The notes under the pieces: generated by a model
Database searches by the model: none
What the model saw: the letters and a program-made list of their open reading frames with translations, nothing else
Told to the model about the DNA's origin: nothing
Assembly: GCF_036321535.1 (NCBI RefSeq)
Contig: NC_087436.1
Coordinates: 6,820,001 to 6,884,000, forward strand
DNA: 64,000 nt
DNA from: Camelus dromedarius
Lineage: Eukaryota
Reading direction: 5' to 3'
In this document: positions 63,271-64,000 of the stretch, piece by piece
Numbering within the stretch: position 1 is the stretch's first letter
Layout of the letters: each line of letters starts with the position of its first letter
Position numbers and translations under genes: made by a program

Positions 63271-64000
63271 AACAATAATGGAAGCAACAACAAGGACAAT
63301 AATTGTGGTCCTACACCAGACATGTTCTAAACACAAAACTCACAGAGGGTTTGAGGAGGGTGGACCTGGCAGGAGTCAACACAGATTAGCCGCAGGGAAC
63401 GTGCCTGGACATTTCAGTACAAATCCTGGGTAAACATTTTGAGAAGTCTGCCTGGCTAAAACATTTTTGCTGTTGCCATGAACTCCCTCCCCAGGTGCCT
63501 CCCTGTTTTACCTAGATAACACTGCCTCCATTTAAAATAGGTCTCGAGGCTCCCAGGAGGCATGGGCGTGGCCTCTGGACAAGCAGCTGGTTTGTAGCAA
63601 GACAGAATCTAGGTTAGGACGCATGCGTTGTGGACTTGCGTTCCACCTCATTACATAACATCACCTGCCCACAGACCTCTGCTCAGGGAGGTCCTGAAGC
63701 AGGGAGTAGGGGTTTCACTGGTGACCCTTGCAGAAAAGACACTTCTGGCCAAGAGGTGAATCTGCAAGATGTTAAGGAAATGAGAGAGTTTGGCAAATCC
63801 TCATAGATCCAATTTTAGGAATGATGGGAGCCGAAGTTATGTGGGTGGAAAGTGGTGGAAGAGAAAGCTAGACAGGCATACTTGAGCCAGAAAACAGGGC
63901 TTTTGTATAAGGTACAAGGGATAAGTGTTGGAAAGTCACTGAAGTGCCCTCAGCTTTGGGATTATATGAGAGATTTGCCTTTTTAACAGATCATGCTGTG

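Noticed and set aside
1..64000. CRISPR arrays, operons or prokaryote-type defence systems
   Set aside because: The sequence is mammalian; the recurring motifs are dispersed SINE/LINE copies, not regularly spaced repeat-spacer arrays.

Overview
Mammalian genomic DNA, most likely a camelid (camel/alpaca), judged from about 13 copies of a short tRNA-derived SINE resembling Vic-1 and matching lineage-type L1 3' UTRs. The window is mostly non-coding and rich in transposable elements. The one protein-coding exon I recognise is on the minus strand at 26633-26570 (MPGASAREPASATVGKRMVFT-G, then a GTAAAG donor). From memory of the human protein, it matches the N-terminus of SPMIP2/C4orf45 (sperm microtubule inner protein 2), and it has an RFX X-box-like motif about 105 bp upstream. 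Positions 1-26.5 kb therefore look like its long first coding intron; I did not find exon 2 in the window. That intron holds a full-length, inactivated ferritin light chain (FTL) processed pseudogene with a broken iron-responsive element. Upstream (27-64 kb) is intergenic-like sequence with LTRs, L1/L2/MIR/MER fragments, microsatellites and two orphan CpG-rich patches (about 33.6 kb and 45.3 kb). These patches carry strong minus-strand splice signals and may mark unannotated 5' exons or a lncRNA. None of the ORF-track ORFs looks like a real intact gene. I see no evidence of a new multi-gene system; the most interesting leads are regulatory, transcript-structure and retrotransposition observations. 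All family names are recalled, not from a database search.
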